A stretch of 64,000 bases of DNA from Dehalococcoidia bacterium (GTDB taxonomy: Bacteria; Chloroflexota; Dehalococcoidia; Lucifugimonadales; JADFKI01), in NCBI GenBank assembly GCA_965204605.1, contig OZ241999.1, positions 2,010,473 to 2,074,472 on the forward strand, read 5' to 3'. Positions 38,622 to 47,824 of this stretch are shown one piece after another. A program made the position numbers and the translations under genes. Position 1 is the stretch's first letter, and each line of letters opens with the position of its first letter. The notes below the pieces were generated by a model. That model did not search any database. It had not been told where the DNA came from and saw only the letters and a list, made by a program, of their open reading frames with translations.

Positions 38622-39041
38622 TTAGGGTAAGTCAGAGCGGGCGCGCCAGTGAGAGGCGTCTCTCAGTTCTTGGGCATGCCGCTTCTGTTCGTCCCTGTCA
38701 TCAGCGGCGCTTTGCGGCAAGATGATGTCTGTGTGATATGGATTGATGTTAGGTATGGGAGACGCCTCTACTATACGTCCGTTAAGCGCCGCATTGGAAG
38801 CGCTTACTACCGCCCATCCGTAGAAATTGCGATTTCGCGCGCCGTCTCGCGCGTGAGCGATGGCAGTTACCTCATTCAACAGCGCAATGCTAAGCCTGTC
38901 AACCGAAATATGGGTTTCGCCCTGCCTTGGCAAGAACTCATTGATAGGAAGCAAAGAGCGGCGCGCTCGGTTCGCGCTATTTCTTGAAGATACGCCGCGT
39001 CCCAGTTCTTCATCCGCCGCAATAGTTTCAGGAATCTGCAT
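38622..39041 (-). CDS. hypothetical protein
   Basis: 139-aa ORF 6 nt downstream of 39048..39413. No family recognised. Confidence 0.55.
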   Translation of the reverse strand: MQIPETIAADEELGRGVSSRNSANRARRSLLPINEFLPRQGETHISVDRLSIALLNEVTAIAHARDGARNRNFYGWAVVSASNAALNGRIVEASPIPNINPYHTDIILPQSAADDRDEQKRHAQELRDASHWRARSDLP

Positions 39042-39047
39042 TGACTT

Positions 39048-39413
39048 TTATGTGAGTTCGGTTCCCAGTTCCATAAAAACTTCCCGCAGAAACTTGTCAG
39101 GGAGCGCATCCGCGTCGGGATAGCGCTTGCTGCGATGGCCGCTCGCCAAGTTCGCCAGGCACAGCGCGCCGCCGCCGGATTCGCATAGCAGCGCCACCGA
39201 TTGACCGCGCCCATTTGGGACATCCAACGCTATCTCTGCGTCAGGGGTGGGATACACTTCGATACGCAGACGGGACATATCTTGTATCGCGCGTATCAGA
39301 CGCTCCGCGTTGTCAACGGCGATTTTGGACGGAACGGGGAAGTTTTCTTCAATAGCGTACTCGGCCGCCGCTTCTAAATCCCTTAGTGCGGTGGTGGATA
39401 GGGATACAACCAT
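39048..39413 (-). CDS. hypothetical protein
   Basis: 121-aa acidic ORF, first gene of a two-gene unit divergent from the type IIG gene. Confidence 0.55.
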   Translation of the reverse strand: MVVSLSTTALRDLEAAAEYAIEENFPVPSKIAVDNAERLIRAIQDMSRLRIEVYPTPDAEIALDVPNGRGQSVALLCESGGGALCLANLASGHRSKRYPDADALPDKFLREVFMELGTELT

Positions 39414-39579
39414 TGGGAATTACCTCAATATGATTGAATTGCAGAACGATTGTAGCGCATTATAACACGCCCAACCCCGTCTTTGCGCCCCAGCCCCCTT
39501 GCGTTTAGACCGCCCTTGAAAACATCCCGCCCCCTACTTGCATACAGAACAAACCCCCTATATCATATGAGCGCCAACT

Positions 39580-39609
39580 CCAACAACGCCAATCCCAACA
39601 ACGCCAACT
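39580..39609 (+). repeat. two tandem copies of a 15-nt unit (CCAACAACGCCAAYY)
   Basis: CCAACAACGCCAATC followed by CCAACAACGCCAACT, read directly, about 35 nt upstream of the type IIG start codon. Confidence 0.8.
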
Positions 39610-39643
39610 CGAGAGCGCCAACCCCAACGCCGGAGCCACGCCA

Positions 39644-42600
39644 ATGCCTACCGCCGCCGAAACCGCCCAAACCCTGTTCGCAAATCGCCGCAACCTAGTC
39701 GCGCTTGGCGACTACAGCGAACAAGACACCGTCAGAAATCTCATAGATCCCGCGCTGGATTTTCTGGGATTCCCAGGCGACCGCCAGCGGCGCGAATTCC
39801 AAGCGGGGGACAATCGCCCGGATATTGTGCTGTACGACGTCCCCGCCGCGCTTGCGGGACGGCGACACGCCGTCGCCATCCTGGAAGCAAAGCCGCTCAA
39901 CGCCGACCTGGACGGCAGAGGCAGCGCCCATTCGCGCAGACCCAAGAGCCAGCTGATGCGCTACATTATCGCTCATCCCGCAAGCGGCCCAGGCGCCTAC
40001 GGCATTCTCACCGACGGCAATGTATGGCACACAATCCGTCGCAGCGAATACGACGACAACCAAGCCAATTTTGTACAAGAATGGCGCTTGCTCGACGGCG
40101 ATCAGCGCCAGTGCGCCGAACATCTCGCCGAAATCAAGCGCATGCTCGCCGAGGCGGCGCCCGCCCATGCCGCCCCCGCCAGCGCAAGGCGGCGCGATCC
40201 AACCCAAAAGGCGCGCGAAATCTGCCAAGCGATTGCCGAAAACGCATCCCCCACCGTGATACTGAATATGCTCACTGACAAAACGGGGGCGCGCCAAACC
40301 CAAATCCAAACTGAAATCCGAGACGGAGAGATACGAATTTCCAGTACGGCGCAAACGGAAATCAACCGATGGCGTCAGTACGCATTCGCCCAAACCGCCC
40401 AGATTCGCGCCGAGCAAGCCGACGCCTCCCACGAAGCGCTCTGCGTAGCGGTGATTAGCGCCGAGCCGCCCATGATGGAAAACGACATGTCCATTCACCG
40501 CGAAGACGTCGCGCTCGCCGCCGAAACTTTCGCCAAAGTCGTGCCGCTCAAAATGTCAGTGGCGCTTATTGTCCAACCGGACGAAACCGGCAAATCCGCC
40601 GCCGCCCGCATCGCAGTCCACTACCAAGCGCATACCGGCATGACCACCGAGTTCAACCCGCATATGCCCGCGCCCAAAACCCTGCGAACCATACAGCGCA
40701 TCTACGACCAACTCAACAAGACCGCCGCCGTCAGAGCCGATACGCTGACGGACGCCGTCGCCGCCAAGACCGTCCGCAAAGAGTTCTTTGAGAAGCTCGC
40801 CAACGGCTGGACGCTGCGCCAACAGCGCAAGGCAGCCGGCAGCGCCAACCAGCGCCACGCCTACCGCGAAGCCGTATTGCGCCATCTCATTCGCGTCATT
40901 TTCGTGTGGATTCTCAACGAAGACGGCAAACTGCCGCCCGAAGCCTTCGACGAAGCTTTCGCAAAGCGCGAAGCGCCCGGCGATTACCACAACGCCATTC
41001 TCACATTCCTGTTCCACGAAAGGCTCAACCAGCCGCCCGCGGACCGCATAACGCATCCCAACCCGCGCATCCAAGAGGCGCTCGCGGATACGCGCTTCCT
41101 CAACGGCTCCCTGTTCGCGCGCCACCAACACGACGACATGCTGCATCTCACGGACGCCGACTATTTCGGCGCCGATCCGAATGCGCCCGGCTTGTTCACC
41201 ATTCTCAACGAGTACGATTGGACTTCGTCCGAACACACCCCATACGCCAGCGAACAGACGATTGACCCCGAAGTGCTCAGCAATCTGTTCGAAAACCTTA
41301 TCGCCGCCACCCAAATCGGCGAAGAAACGCCCGACAGAATGCCCGCCGGCACCTATTACACTCCGGCGGACGTGGCGTTCGAGATGGTGAAAGACGCGCT
41401 TGCCGAAGCCACGCTGCCGTATGCGCCACGCCCGTCTTATACGCGCGCCGATCTGCGCCGGCTGTTCGGCAACGACGACGAACTTCCCCCCGATAGCGAC
41501 GCAGAGGAGCGCAATCGGCTTATCGACCGAATCCGCAGCCTTGCCATTTACGACCCCGCGGTGGGTTCGGGCGAGTTCCCCTTCATATGCCACCTGGCAA
41601 TCAAGCGCTCGCTGCGGAAGTTGGGGGTGTCCGACGATGACGCAACCCTAACCCGCGACATCATCGCGCGCCAACTTTTCGCGCAAGACATCAACCCGAT
41701 GGCGGTGCAGGTTACCCGCCTGCGCCTGTTCATCGCCATCATCGCCGCCGAAGACGCCGCCGCCGATCCGGCAGCATACGAACCGCTGCCCAACCTCGAG
41801 GCAAAGATAGTTTGCGCCGATACGCTCGCCACCGTCGCCAGCCCGAACTGGTCCATTTTCGGCGCAGAAACCCTGCAGTCCCGCGCAACCCAAGTCAACA
41901 AAGCGCTAGAGCATGTCGCCGAAATCCGCCAAGAGTGGCAGTCGGCGCACGACGAACAGACCAAAGCCGAACTGCGCCGCCAAGACGCCGACGCCCGCAA
42001 AGCGCTGAGCGCCGCCATCGGACGCGGATACGCCAGCGCCGAAACTACCGCATTCGCCAAGCATCCGCTGCTCGATCCCGACGCCCCGCCCGTCGAGACC
42101 GATCCCAGGCTGCTGTTCTACAATCCCGACCGGCAAGGCTTCGACATCGTCATCGGCAACCCGCCATACGAAAGCGTGAACAAGGACTTGAAGACGGACA
42201 CGGCGCGCAGAGACCGCCGCCAAACCCTAAAGCTGCGCCGCTTCCGCACAATAGCGGGCAGCGATCTGTACAACCTCATCGCAGAAGCGGCGCTAACCCT
42301 CGCCAATCCCAGCGGCGGCGTTGTTACCCTCATCGTCCCCCTATCCATCTGCTTCGGGCAAAACAAGAAAGACCTGCGCCGCCTCTTCGAAGAACGCTCC
42401 AACCGCATCAGTCTGCGCTGCCAAGATAACCGCCCAGACAAGGTGTTTCATAATAGCCCGGTGGAACACGGCGAAAGCCGCGTCAGAGCGACGATAATCA
42501 CGGCGACGATGGGCAAGCAAAATCCGATTATTGAAACTAGCGGCATAAACAGATGGCCCAAATCTGAACGGCACGAATACTTCACTTCACGCCCCAAATC

Positions 42601-43246
42601 GGTAACGCTTACCACACAGCAGAACACCGTCGGGGACGCGCGCATCGATGCCCAATGGGGACGCATACACACAACCGAAATCGCCGATCTGCTCGACGCA
42701 ATGCGCGCTGAAGAGACCAAAATCGTCAATATGAACGGACTCGGACAAGCCGATCTAGCCTTGGGCTTTCCCCCGTCGGCAATGTACTTCATCACAACAG
42801 CGCCCGCCGGCAGTCTCAAGCGCAGAGAGAAACTCTTGCCTATCTCCGGCCAAGAAAACCTAGAGTTAGCCGTAGCCGCCGCCAACACCCACGCCGCCTA
42901 CGCCTGGTGGATGGCATACGGCGACGCATTCGACATCAACCGCCACGAAATCGCCACAATCGCCGTCCCGCGCGCTTGGCTTGACGATGCCGCCACCAAC
43001 CGCCGCGTCCGCCGCTTGGCGCGCGAGCTCATCGCCGCCATCAACCCGCAAAACATCCGCCCACTCACAACCGGCACGCTCAGCAGCGTCCAAGACAGCC
43101 TAAACTTCCACGAATGCGCCCCCGCCGCCATCGCCGAGCTAGACGCGCTATACCTAGACGCCCTAAGCCAGCCCCGCTCCACGCTAACGCAGCTCCACGC
43201 CCTCCGCAGCAACGTCACCTGGCGCTTGGGGGCGGCCGTCCCCTAA
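39644..43246 (+). CDS. Eco57I-like type IIG restriction-modification enzyme (PD-ExK nuclease + gamma-class N6-adenine methyltransferase + TRD)
   Basis: 1200 aa. N-terminal RPDIVLYD...AILEAKP (PD..ExK), YYTPADVAFEMV, motif I IYDPAVGSGEFPF, motif IV IVIGNPPYES, and a C-terminal region of about 400 aa. Confidence 0.85.
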   Translation: MPTAAETAQTLFANRRNLVALGDYSEQDTVRNLIDPALDFLGFPGDRQRREFQAGDNRPDIVLYDVPAALAGRRHAVAILEAKPLNADLDGRGSAHSRRPKSQLMRYIIAHPASGPGAYGILTDGNVWHTIRRSEYDDNQANFVQEWRLLDGDQRQCAEHLAEIKRMLAEAAPAHAAPASARRRDPTQKAREICQAIAENASPTVILNMLTDKTGARQTQIQTEIRDGEIRISSTAQTEINRWRQYAFAQTAQIRAEQADASHEALCVAVISAEPPMMENDMSIHREDVALAAETFAKVVPLKMSVALIVQPDETGKSAAARIAVHYQAHTGMTTEFNPHMPAPKTLRTIQRIYDQLNKTAAVRADTLTDAVAAKTVRKEFFEKLANGWTLRQQRKAAGSANQRHAYREAVLRHLIRVIFVWILNEDGKLPPEAFDEAFAKREAPGDYHNAILTFLFHERLNQPPADRITHPNPRIQEALADTRFLNGSLFARHQHDDMLHLTDADYFGADPNAPGLFTILNEYDWTSSEHTPYASEQTIDPEVLSNLFENLIAATQIGEETPDRMPAGTYYTPADVAFEMVKDALAEATLPYAPRPSYTRADLRRLFGNDDELPPDSDAEERNRLIDRIRSLAIYDPAVGSGEFPFICHLAIKRSLRKLGVSDDDATLTRDIIARQLFAQDINPMAVQVTRLRLFIAIIAAEDAAADPAAYEPLPNLEAKIVCADTLATVASPNWSIFGAETLQSRATQVNKALEHVAEIRQEWQSAHDEQTKAELRRQDADARKALSAAIGRGYASAETTAFAKHPLLDPDAPPVETDPRLLFYNPDRQGFDIVIGNPPYESVNKDLKTDTARRDRRQTLKLRRFRTIAGSDLYNLIAEAALTLANPSGGVVTLIVPLSICFGQNKKDLRRLFEERSNRISLRCQDNRPDKVFHNSPVEHGESRVRATIITATMGKQNPIIETSGINRWPKSERHEYFTSRPKSVTLTTQQNTVGDARIDAQWGRIHTTEIADLLDAMRAEETKIVNMNGLGQADLALGFPPSAMYFITTAPAGSLKRREKLLPISGQENLELAVAAANTHAAYAWWMAYGDAFDINRHEIATIAVPRAWLDDAATNRRVRRLARELIAAINPQNIRPLTTGTLSSVQDSLNFHECAPAAIAELDALYLDALSQPRSTLTQLHALRSNVTWRLGAAVP

Positions 43247-43419
43247 CCCCCCTTTGCGCCCCTGCGCCTTTGCGTTAAAAACCCGTCCCGCGCTATCAGC
43301 CGCCAAGCCGAATGCGTAGGCGCTTGCCATTCCAACCGCAAAAGGCGATACTTGCCCCACCGCAGAACGCAACATATACGCTGCAACGTCGGTTAAGCGT
43401 CGGTTAGAGGAGGGCATGT

Positions 43420-44640
43420 ATGGAAGGCAGACTGAAGGACAAGTATTGCATCGTGGGCGTGGGCGAAACGGAGTACAGCCGCGCATCCGGGCGCAGCACG
43501 CGCGCTCTGGGCGTAGAGGCGATACGCAACGCCATCCTAGACGCCGGACTTACGCCGCAGGATGTGGACGGGATGCTGAGCTACCACGGCGGCGATTCCA
43601 CGCCGTCCACGCATATGATGTACGACCTTGGGATGCGGCTGAACTTCTATATGGACTGCTCCGGCGGCGGCTCCAGCACGGAAGCGCTCGTCGGCCTAGC
43701 CATCGGCGCAATCGAGGGCGGGATGTGCGACACCGTTGCGATATTTCGCGCGATGAACGGCTATTCGCAGGTGCGCATCGGCGGCACCGGCGCGCGCTCG
43801 GCCGCGCCCGTCAGCGGCTCCGACCTGTTCAAGCGCCCCTACGGCATAGCCAGCGCAGTGCAGAACTTCGCCTTCACATTCACGCGCCATATGATGGAGT
43901 ACGGCGTAACCGGCGAACACCTGGCGGCCATCAAGGTTACGCACAGCAAGCACGCCAGCAACAACCCAAAGGCGCTTATGAAGCAGCGCGTAACCGTGGA
44001 CGATGTGCTGAACTCGCGCTGGATCGTGAAGCCCTGCGCCCATCTGCTCGACTGCTGCCTTGAGACGGACAACGCCACCTGCATCATCGTTACATCGGCG
44101 GAGCGCGCCAAAGACCTGAAGCATCCGCCCGCCTACATAATGGCGGTGCAGGGCAGAGGCGTGAAGCCGGGCGGCGACTTCCACTATCAGTACGCCCCCA
44201 TAACGCGCGTGGCGGGACACTATGTAGGGCCGCGTCTGTTCGAGCTGGCGGGCGTAACGCACGACGACATAGACGTCACCGGCTGCTACGACGCCTTCAC
44301 CTACACGACGCTGCTTCAGTTCGAGGACTACGGCTTTTGCAAGAAGGGCGAAGGCAAGGACTATGTAACAAGCGGCATCACCGACCTGGGCGGGCGGCGT
44401 CCCAACAACACCAGCGGCGGCCACCTGTGCGAGGGCTACACGCACGGGATGAATATGGTGATCGAGAATGTGCGCCAGCTTCGCGGCTTGGTGGACGACT
44501 ACTGCCCCGATTGGCGCGAGCGCAAGCACTCGTATGACTACTTGGAGGGCGGCTGCCGCCAAGTCCCCGACGTCAACATCACGATGAATATGGGATGGGC
44601 TATGCCCGGCGTGGGCAGCGCCCTGATAATGAGGAGGTAA
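43420..44640 (+). CDS. thiolase-like protein (SCP-x/lipid-transfer type)
   Basis: IVGVGETEYSR.. N-terminus and a GGHL..G C-terminal block. Followed by its usual DUF35 partner. Confidence 0.8.
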   Translation: MEGRLKDKYCIVGVGETEYSRASGRSTRALGVEAIRNAILDAGLTPQDVDGMLSYHGGDSTPSTHMMYDLGMRLNFYMDCSGGGSSTEALVGLAIGAIEGGMCDTVAIFRAMNGYSQVRIGGTGARSAAPVSGSDLFKRPYGIASAVQNFAFTFTRHMMEYGVTGEHLAAIKVTHSKHASNNPKALMKQRVTVDDVLNSRWIVKPCAHLLDCCLETDNATCIIVTSAERAKDLKHPPAYIMAVQGRGVKPGGDFHYQYAPITRVAGHYVGPRLFELAGVTHDDIDVTGCYDAFTYTTLLQFEDYGFCKKGEGKDYVTSGITDLGGRRPNNTSGGHLCEGYTHGMNMVIENVRQLRGLVDDYCPDWRERKHSYDYLEGGCRQVPDVNITMNMGWAMPGVGSALIMRR

Positions 44641-44644
44641 GCCA

Positions 44645-45154
44645 ATGCCGGTATATCAGTATCGCGGCATGCCGATAGTGATTTCGGATATCGACAGCGA
44701 ATACAAGGGCTACTTCGAGGCGGCGGCCGAGCATCGGCTAGTGGTGAAGAAGTGCGCCGTCCCCGAATGCGGCTTGCTGCGCGGCGAGCCCGGCCCCGGC
44801 TGCCCGTGGTGCGCCTCGCTCGACTGGGAATGGCATGAGGTCAGCGGCAAAGGCGCTATCTATAGCTACCAAATCATCACGCACGCCATCCTGCCCGGCT
44901 TTCGCGACTGGACGCCCTACACGGTGGCGCTTGTGGAGCTTGACGAGCAGAGCGGCGAGCCCAACCCGGAGAACGGGCTTCGCATCACCGCCAACCTGCT
45001 GAACTCCGATATGCAGCCCGAAGACCCCGAAAATGTGGGCATCGGCAAGCGCGTCGAAGTGGTGTTTCTGGACACTGAAGACGGACTATCGCTGCCGCAG
45101 TTCAGGCTATCCGACGAGCCGCCGCGCGGCGAAGTATGGCGCTACCCCGTGTAG
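44645..45154 (+). CDS. DUF35 OB-fold/zinc-ribbon protein
   Basis: Zn ribbon C..PECG...CPWC followed by GKGAIYSYQI. Confidence 0.8.
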   Translation: MPVYQYRGMPIVISDIDSEYKGYFEAAAEHRLVVKKCAVPECGLLRGEPGPGCPWCASLDWEWHEVSGKGAIYSYQIITHAILPGFRDWTPYTVALVELDEQSGEPNPENGLRITANLLNSDMQPEDPENVGIGKRVEVVFLDTEDGLSLPQFRLSDEPPRGEVWRYPV

Positions 45155-45172
45155 CGGCGCTATGATGACGCC

Positions 45173-46513
45173 ATGGACAGCGTAACGCTCAAGAACTACC
45201 GATGCTTTCGCGAGGAGCAGACCGCGCGGCTTGCTCCGCTAACCCTGCTTGTGGGCGAAAACAGCACAGGGAAGACATCCTTCCTCGCGATACTGCGCGC
45301 GCTGTGGGATGGCGCATTTCACCCCGGAATACCTGACTTTCGAGAATATCCCTTTGACCTGGGCGCATTTGAGGACATAGTGCATAATCGTGGTTCTGTG
45401 GATAAGAAATCACCCCAAGCATTTGAGGCAGGATTTCTTCGTAACTTGCCACAACCTGATACTAATCTAGTGTCCTTCCGTGCTACTTTCAAAGAGATCG
45501 ACGGAGCGCCTGTCCCAGCGAACCGGAGGTTTGGAAACAAAGAATTTGGGGTGGAAGCGGGCATAGAAGAAGGTGAGCAAATGCTTACATTCATCACGCC
45601 CCAGAATCAATATCAATGGAACCTCTCAAGTAGTGGATTTGTCGGTAATAATCCGATTCCATTTCCACTTGCTCCCGACATGGTGCAGCTTCTACTTTTG
45701 CGAAAGATTCGTGACGGACAGTCAACTCATGAAAGTAGTGAATCCCTACCCACTGAAGCTGAATATGAATTAGGAAAAATAGACGCCTTAAATCAGGCGC
45801 TATTTTCTGAAGTCTTCTCAACAAGACGTCCGTATGCCGGCGCTCCATTCCGCTCTCACCCACGGCGGACTTATGACCCGATACGCACCTCGCGGGATAC
45901 CGAAGGCGAGGCCATCCCCACTTACTTGGCGAACCTGTACAGGGGCAATTCGGACGGATGGCAGAAACTAAAGAAGTCTCTTGAAGACTTTGGACGAAAG
46001 TCGGGGCTGTTTGACGATATTGCCATAATGTCATTCGGCAAGACATCGGGCGCGCCGTTTCAAATACAGGTTAGGAAGTGGGGCAAGCGCCGCAAAGGCG
46101 CCTATCGCAACCTGATAGATGTGGGTTACGGCGTCAGCCAAGCGCTACCGATTGTCACGGAATTGCTCCGCTCGGACGCGCCGCAAATGTTCTTGCTGCA
46201 GCAGCCCGAAGTGCATCTGCACCCAAGCGCGCAAGCCGCCTTGGGCACCTTATTCTGCGACGTCGCGTCACAGCGAAAGCAGCTCATCGTTGAAACGCAC
46301 AGCGACTACATCATCGACCGCGTGCGTATGGATGTGCGCGATAAGACTACCGCCCTCAAGCCCGATGATGTATCGATTCTGTACTTCGAGCGCGATGATT
46401 TGGATGTGAAAATCCACTCCATCCGCTTGGACGAAATGGGCAATGTGCTAGATGCGCCGCACTCTTACGGGAAGTTCTTCATGGAAGAAACACGGCGTTC
46501 AATAGGGTTGTAA
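45173..46513 (+). CDS. AAA/ABC-like ATPase (AAA_15/21 with a DUF3696-like C-terminus)
   Basis: Walker A LLVGENSTGKTSFL, Walker B/D-loop MFLLQQPEVHLHP, H-loop VETHSDY, and a C-terminal ..YGKFFMEE. AT-richer than its flanks. Confidence 0.8.
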   Translation: MDSVTLKNYRCFREEQTARLAPLTLLVGENSTGKTSFLAILRALWDGAFHPGIPDFREYPFDLGAFEDIVHNRGSVDKKSPQAFEAGFLRNLPQPDTNLVSFRATFKEIDGAPVPANRRFGNKEFGVEAGIEEGEQMLTFITPQNQYQWNLSSSGFVGNNPIPFPLAPDMVQLLLLRKIRDGQSTHESSESLPTEAEYELGKIDALNQALFSEVFSTRRPYAGAPFRSHPRRTYDPIRTSRDTEGEAIPTYLANLYRGNSDGWQKLKKSLEDFGRKSGLFDDIAIMSFGKTSGAPFQIQVRKWGKRRKGAYRNLIDVGYGVSQALPIVTELLRSDAPQMFLLQQPEVHLHPSAQAALGTLFCDVASQRKQLIVETHSDYIIDRVRMDVRDKTTALKPDDVSILYFERDDLDVKIHSIRLDEMGNVLDAPHSYGKFFMEETRRSIGL

Positions 46514-46516
46514 TGT

Positions 46517-47020
46517 ATGTGCGCCATAATGGACAACAATGTCAGACACGAAGTATTCGGCGATTCTGACACTCAGACTCCGGCAGGGAAATACTTTCTT
46601 GAGTGGTTGGAAGGTCAGAATAGAATTCATGGCATTTTAGTCATCGGCGGCGAACTCAAGCGGGAATTAGGCGAATATGACCGATTCCAAACTTGGGCTA
46701 AGACAGCCATTTTGTTTGGCCGAGTTAGAGAAATTAGCGATGGATCGGTGGACAACGAGACAAATGATTTGCGGGCGCAGAATATATGCAAATCCAACGA
46801 TGCGCATATACTTGCGTTGGCAAGAGTAAGCGATACACGGCTTCTATTTACTAACGATCAAGCCCTTCAAGACGATTTCGGAGATAGAAATATCATTAAC
46901 AATCCTCGGGGACAGATATACACTACGGCAGTCCGCCAGGACCTTCAGCAGGTTCACCGCGACCGCCTAGATCCGAGGACAATCAGGCGAATATGCAGAC
47001 ATTGTCGACAGAAGAGCTAG
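46517..47020 (+). CDS. PIN-like domain protein
   Basis: The acidic positions IMDNNV, SNDAHILALA and LLFTNDQAL are spaced as in PIN folds. Starts 3 nt after the ATPase stop. Confidence 0.55.
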   Translation: MCAIMDNNVRHEVFGDSDTQTPAGKYFLEWLEGQNRIHGILVIGGELKRELGEYDRFQTWAKTAILFGRVREISDGSVDNETNDLRAQNICKSNDAHILALARVSDTRLLFTNDQALQDDFGDRNIINNPRGQIYTTAVRQDLQQVHRDRLDPRTIRRICRHCRQKS

Positions 47021-47100
47021 AACACACTTAGGAAACCAAAGACAATGGATGCGTTATTTAGCGCGTTCAACTTATGACCATAGATTTAGGGAGAACTCAA

Positions 47101-47631
47101 ATGCAAGTCTATGACGCAGTGCGCTCCCGCCTCACGGTGCGGGAGTTCAAGCCCGACGCGGTGCCGGATTCGGTCATTCGCAAACTGCTAGAAGCCGGCC
47201 GGCTCGCGCCGAGCTCGCGCAACCTGCAGCCGTGGCATTTCATCGTCATCAAGAACAGAGACACCCTGCGGCGCATAGCCGAAATCGCATCCAGCGGCCG
47301 CTTCATCGCAGACGCGCCTATGGCAATCGCCATCGCGATGGAAAACGCCGACCGCGCCGAACTTGACGCCGGGCGCGCCCTGCAGCAGATGGAACTTGTG
47401 GCGTGGGAAGAGGGCTTGGGCGCCTGCTTCGTTGGGTTGCGCGTGGCAGAGCAGAACCGCGCCGTCAAGCGGCTTCTGGGCATACCCGATAACGCCGTTC
47501 TGGTAACAATCCTGCCCTTCGGATACCGCAAAGACGCCGCAATGGGCGCGCAAGGGATCAGAAACCGCAAGCCGCTCGCCCAGATAGCCCACAGCGAGCG
47601 CTACGGCGCTCCATACAACTCCGTCGATTAG
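47101..47631 (+). CDS. nitroreductase family protein
   Basis: RLTVREF, APSSRNLQPWHFIVI. ATG at 47101 follows AGGGAG. Start 47074 is also possible. Confidence 0.85.
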   Translation: MQVYDAVRSRLTVREFKPDAVPDSVIRKLLEAGRLAPSSRNLQPWHFIVIKNRDTLRRIAEIASSGRFIADAPMAIAIAMENADRAELDAGRALQQMELVAWEEGLGACFVGLRVAEQNRAVKRLLGIPDNAVLVTILPFGYRKDAAMGAQGIRNRKPLAQIAHSERYGAPYNSVD

Positions 47632-47695
47632 CCAACCCGCCGCCGCTCAGCATAGATTGCCTGGATCGAGTGTGCCCCATATCCCCAAGAAATGC

Positions 47696-47724
47696 TTGTC
47701 AACCCTGCAACTTCCCCGTAAAAT
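47696..47724 (+). promoter_or_regulatory. sigma70-like promoter ahead of the ASST-like gene array
   Basis: TTGTCA (47696-47701), a 17-nt spacer, then TAAAAT (47719-47724). Lies 100 nt upstream of the ATG at 47825. Confidence 0.45.
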
Positions 47725-47824
47725 AGTATGTTGTTCTGGCAGGTATTCTCATTCGGATAGGTGCATACTCAGCGGCGCTTGCCATCAAATCAGCGTCGAT
47801 TGATTTAGGAGACAACGGCCTCAA

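Noticed and set aside
39483-39698. 71-aa Asn/Pro-rich ORF overlapping the type IIG start
   Set aside because: It has a low-complexity translation driven by the A/C-rich repeat, is out of frame with the large gene, and has no RBS.
39644-43246. BREX PglX identity for the 1200-aa methyltransferase
   Set aside because: No brxA/B/C, pglZ or brxL-like genes are in the neighbourhood, and an N-terminal PD..ExK nuclease motif is present. It is called type IIG instead.
45173-47020. Assignment of the ATPase pair to Septu, PARIS, Gabija or AbiL
   Set aside because: The partner protein shows no HNH, TOPRIM/DUF4435 or RloB-like motifs by eye, and the ATPase lacks a fused TOPRIM. It is kept as an unclassified candidate.
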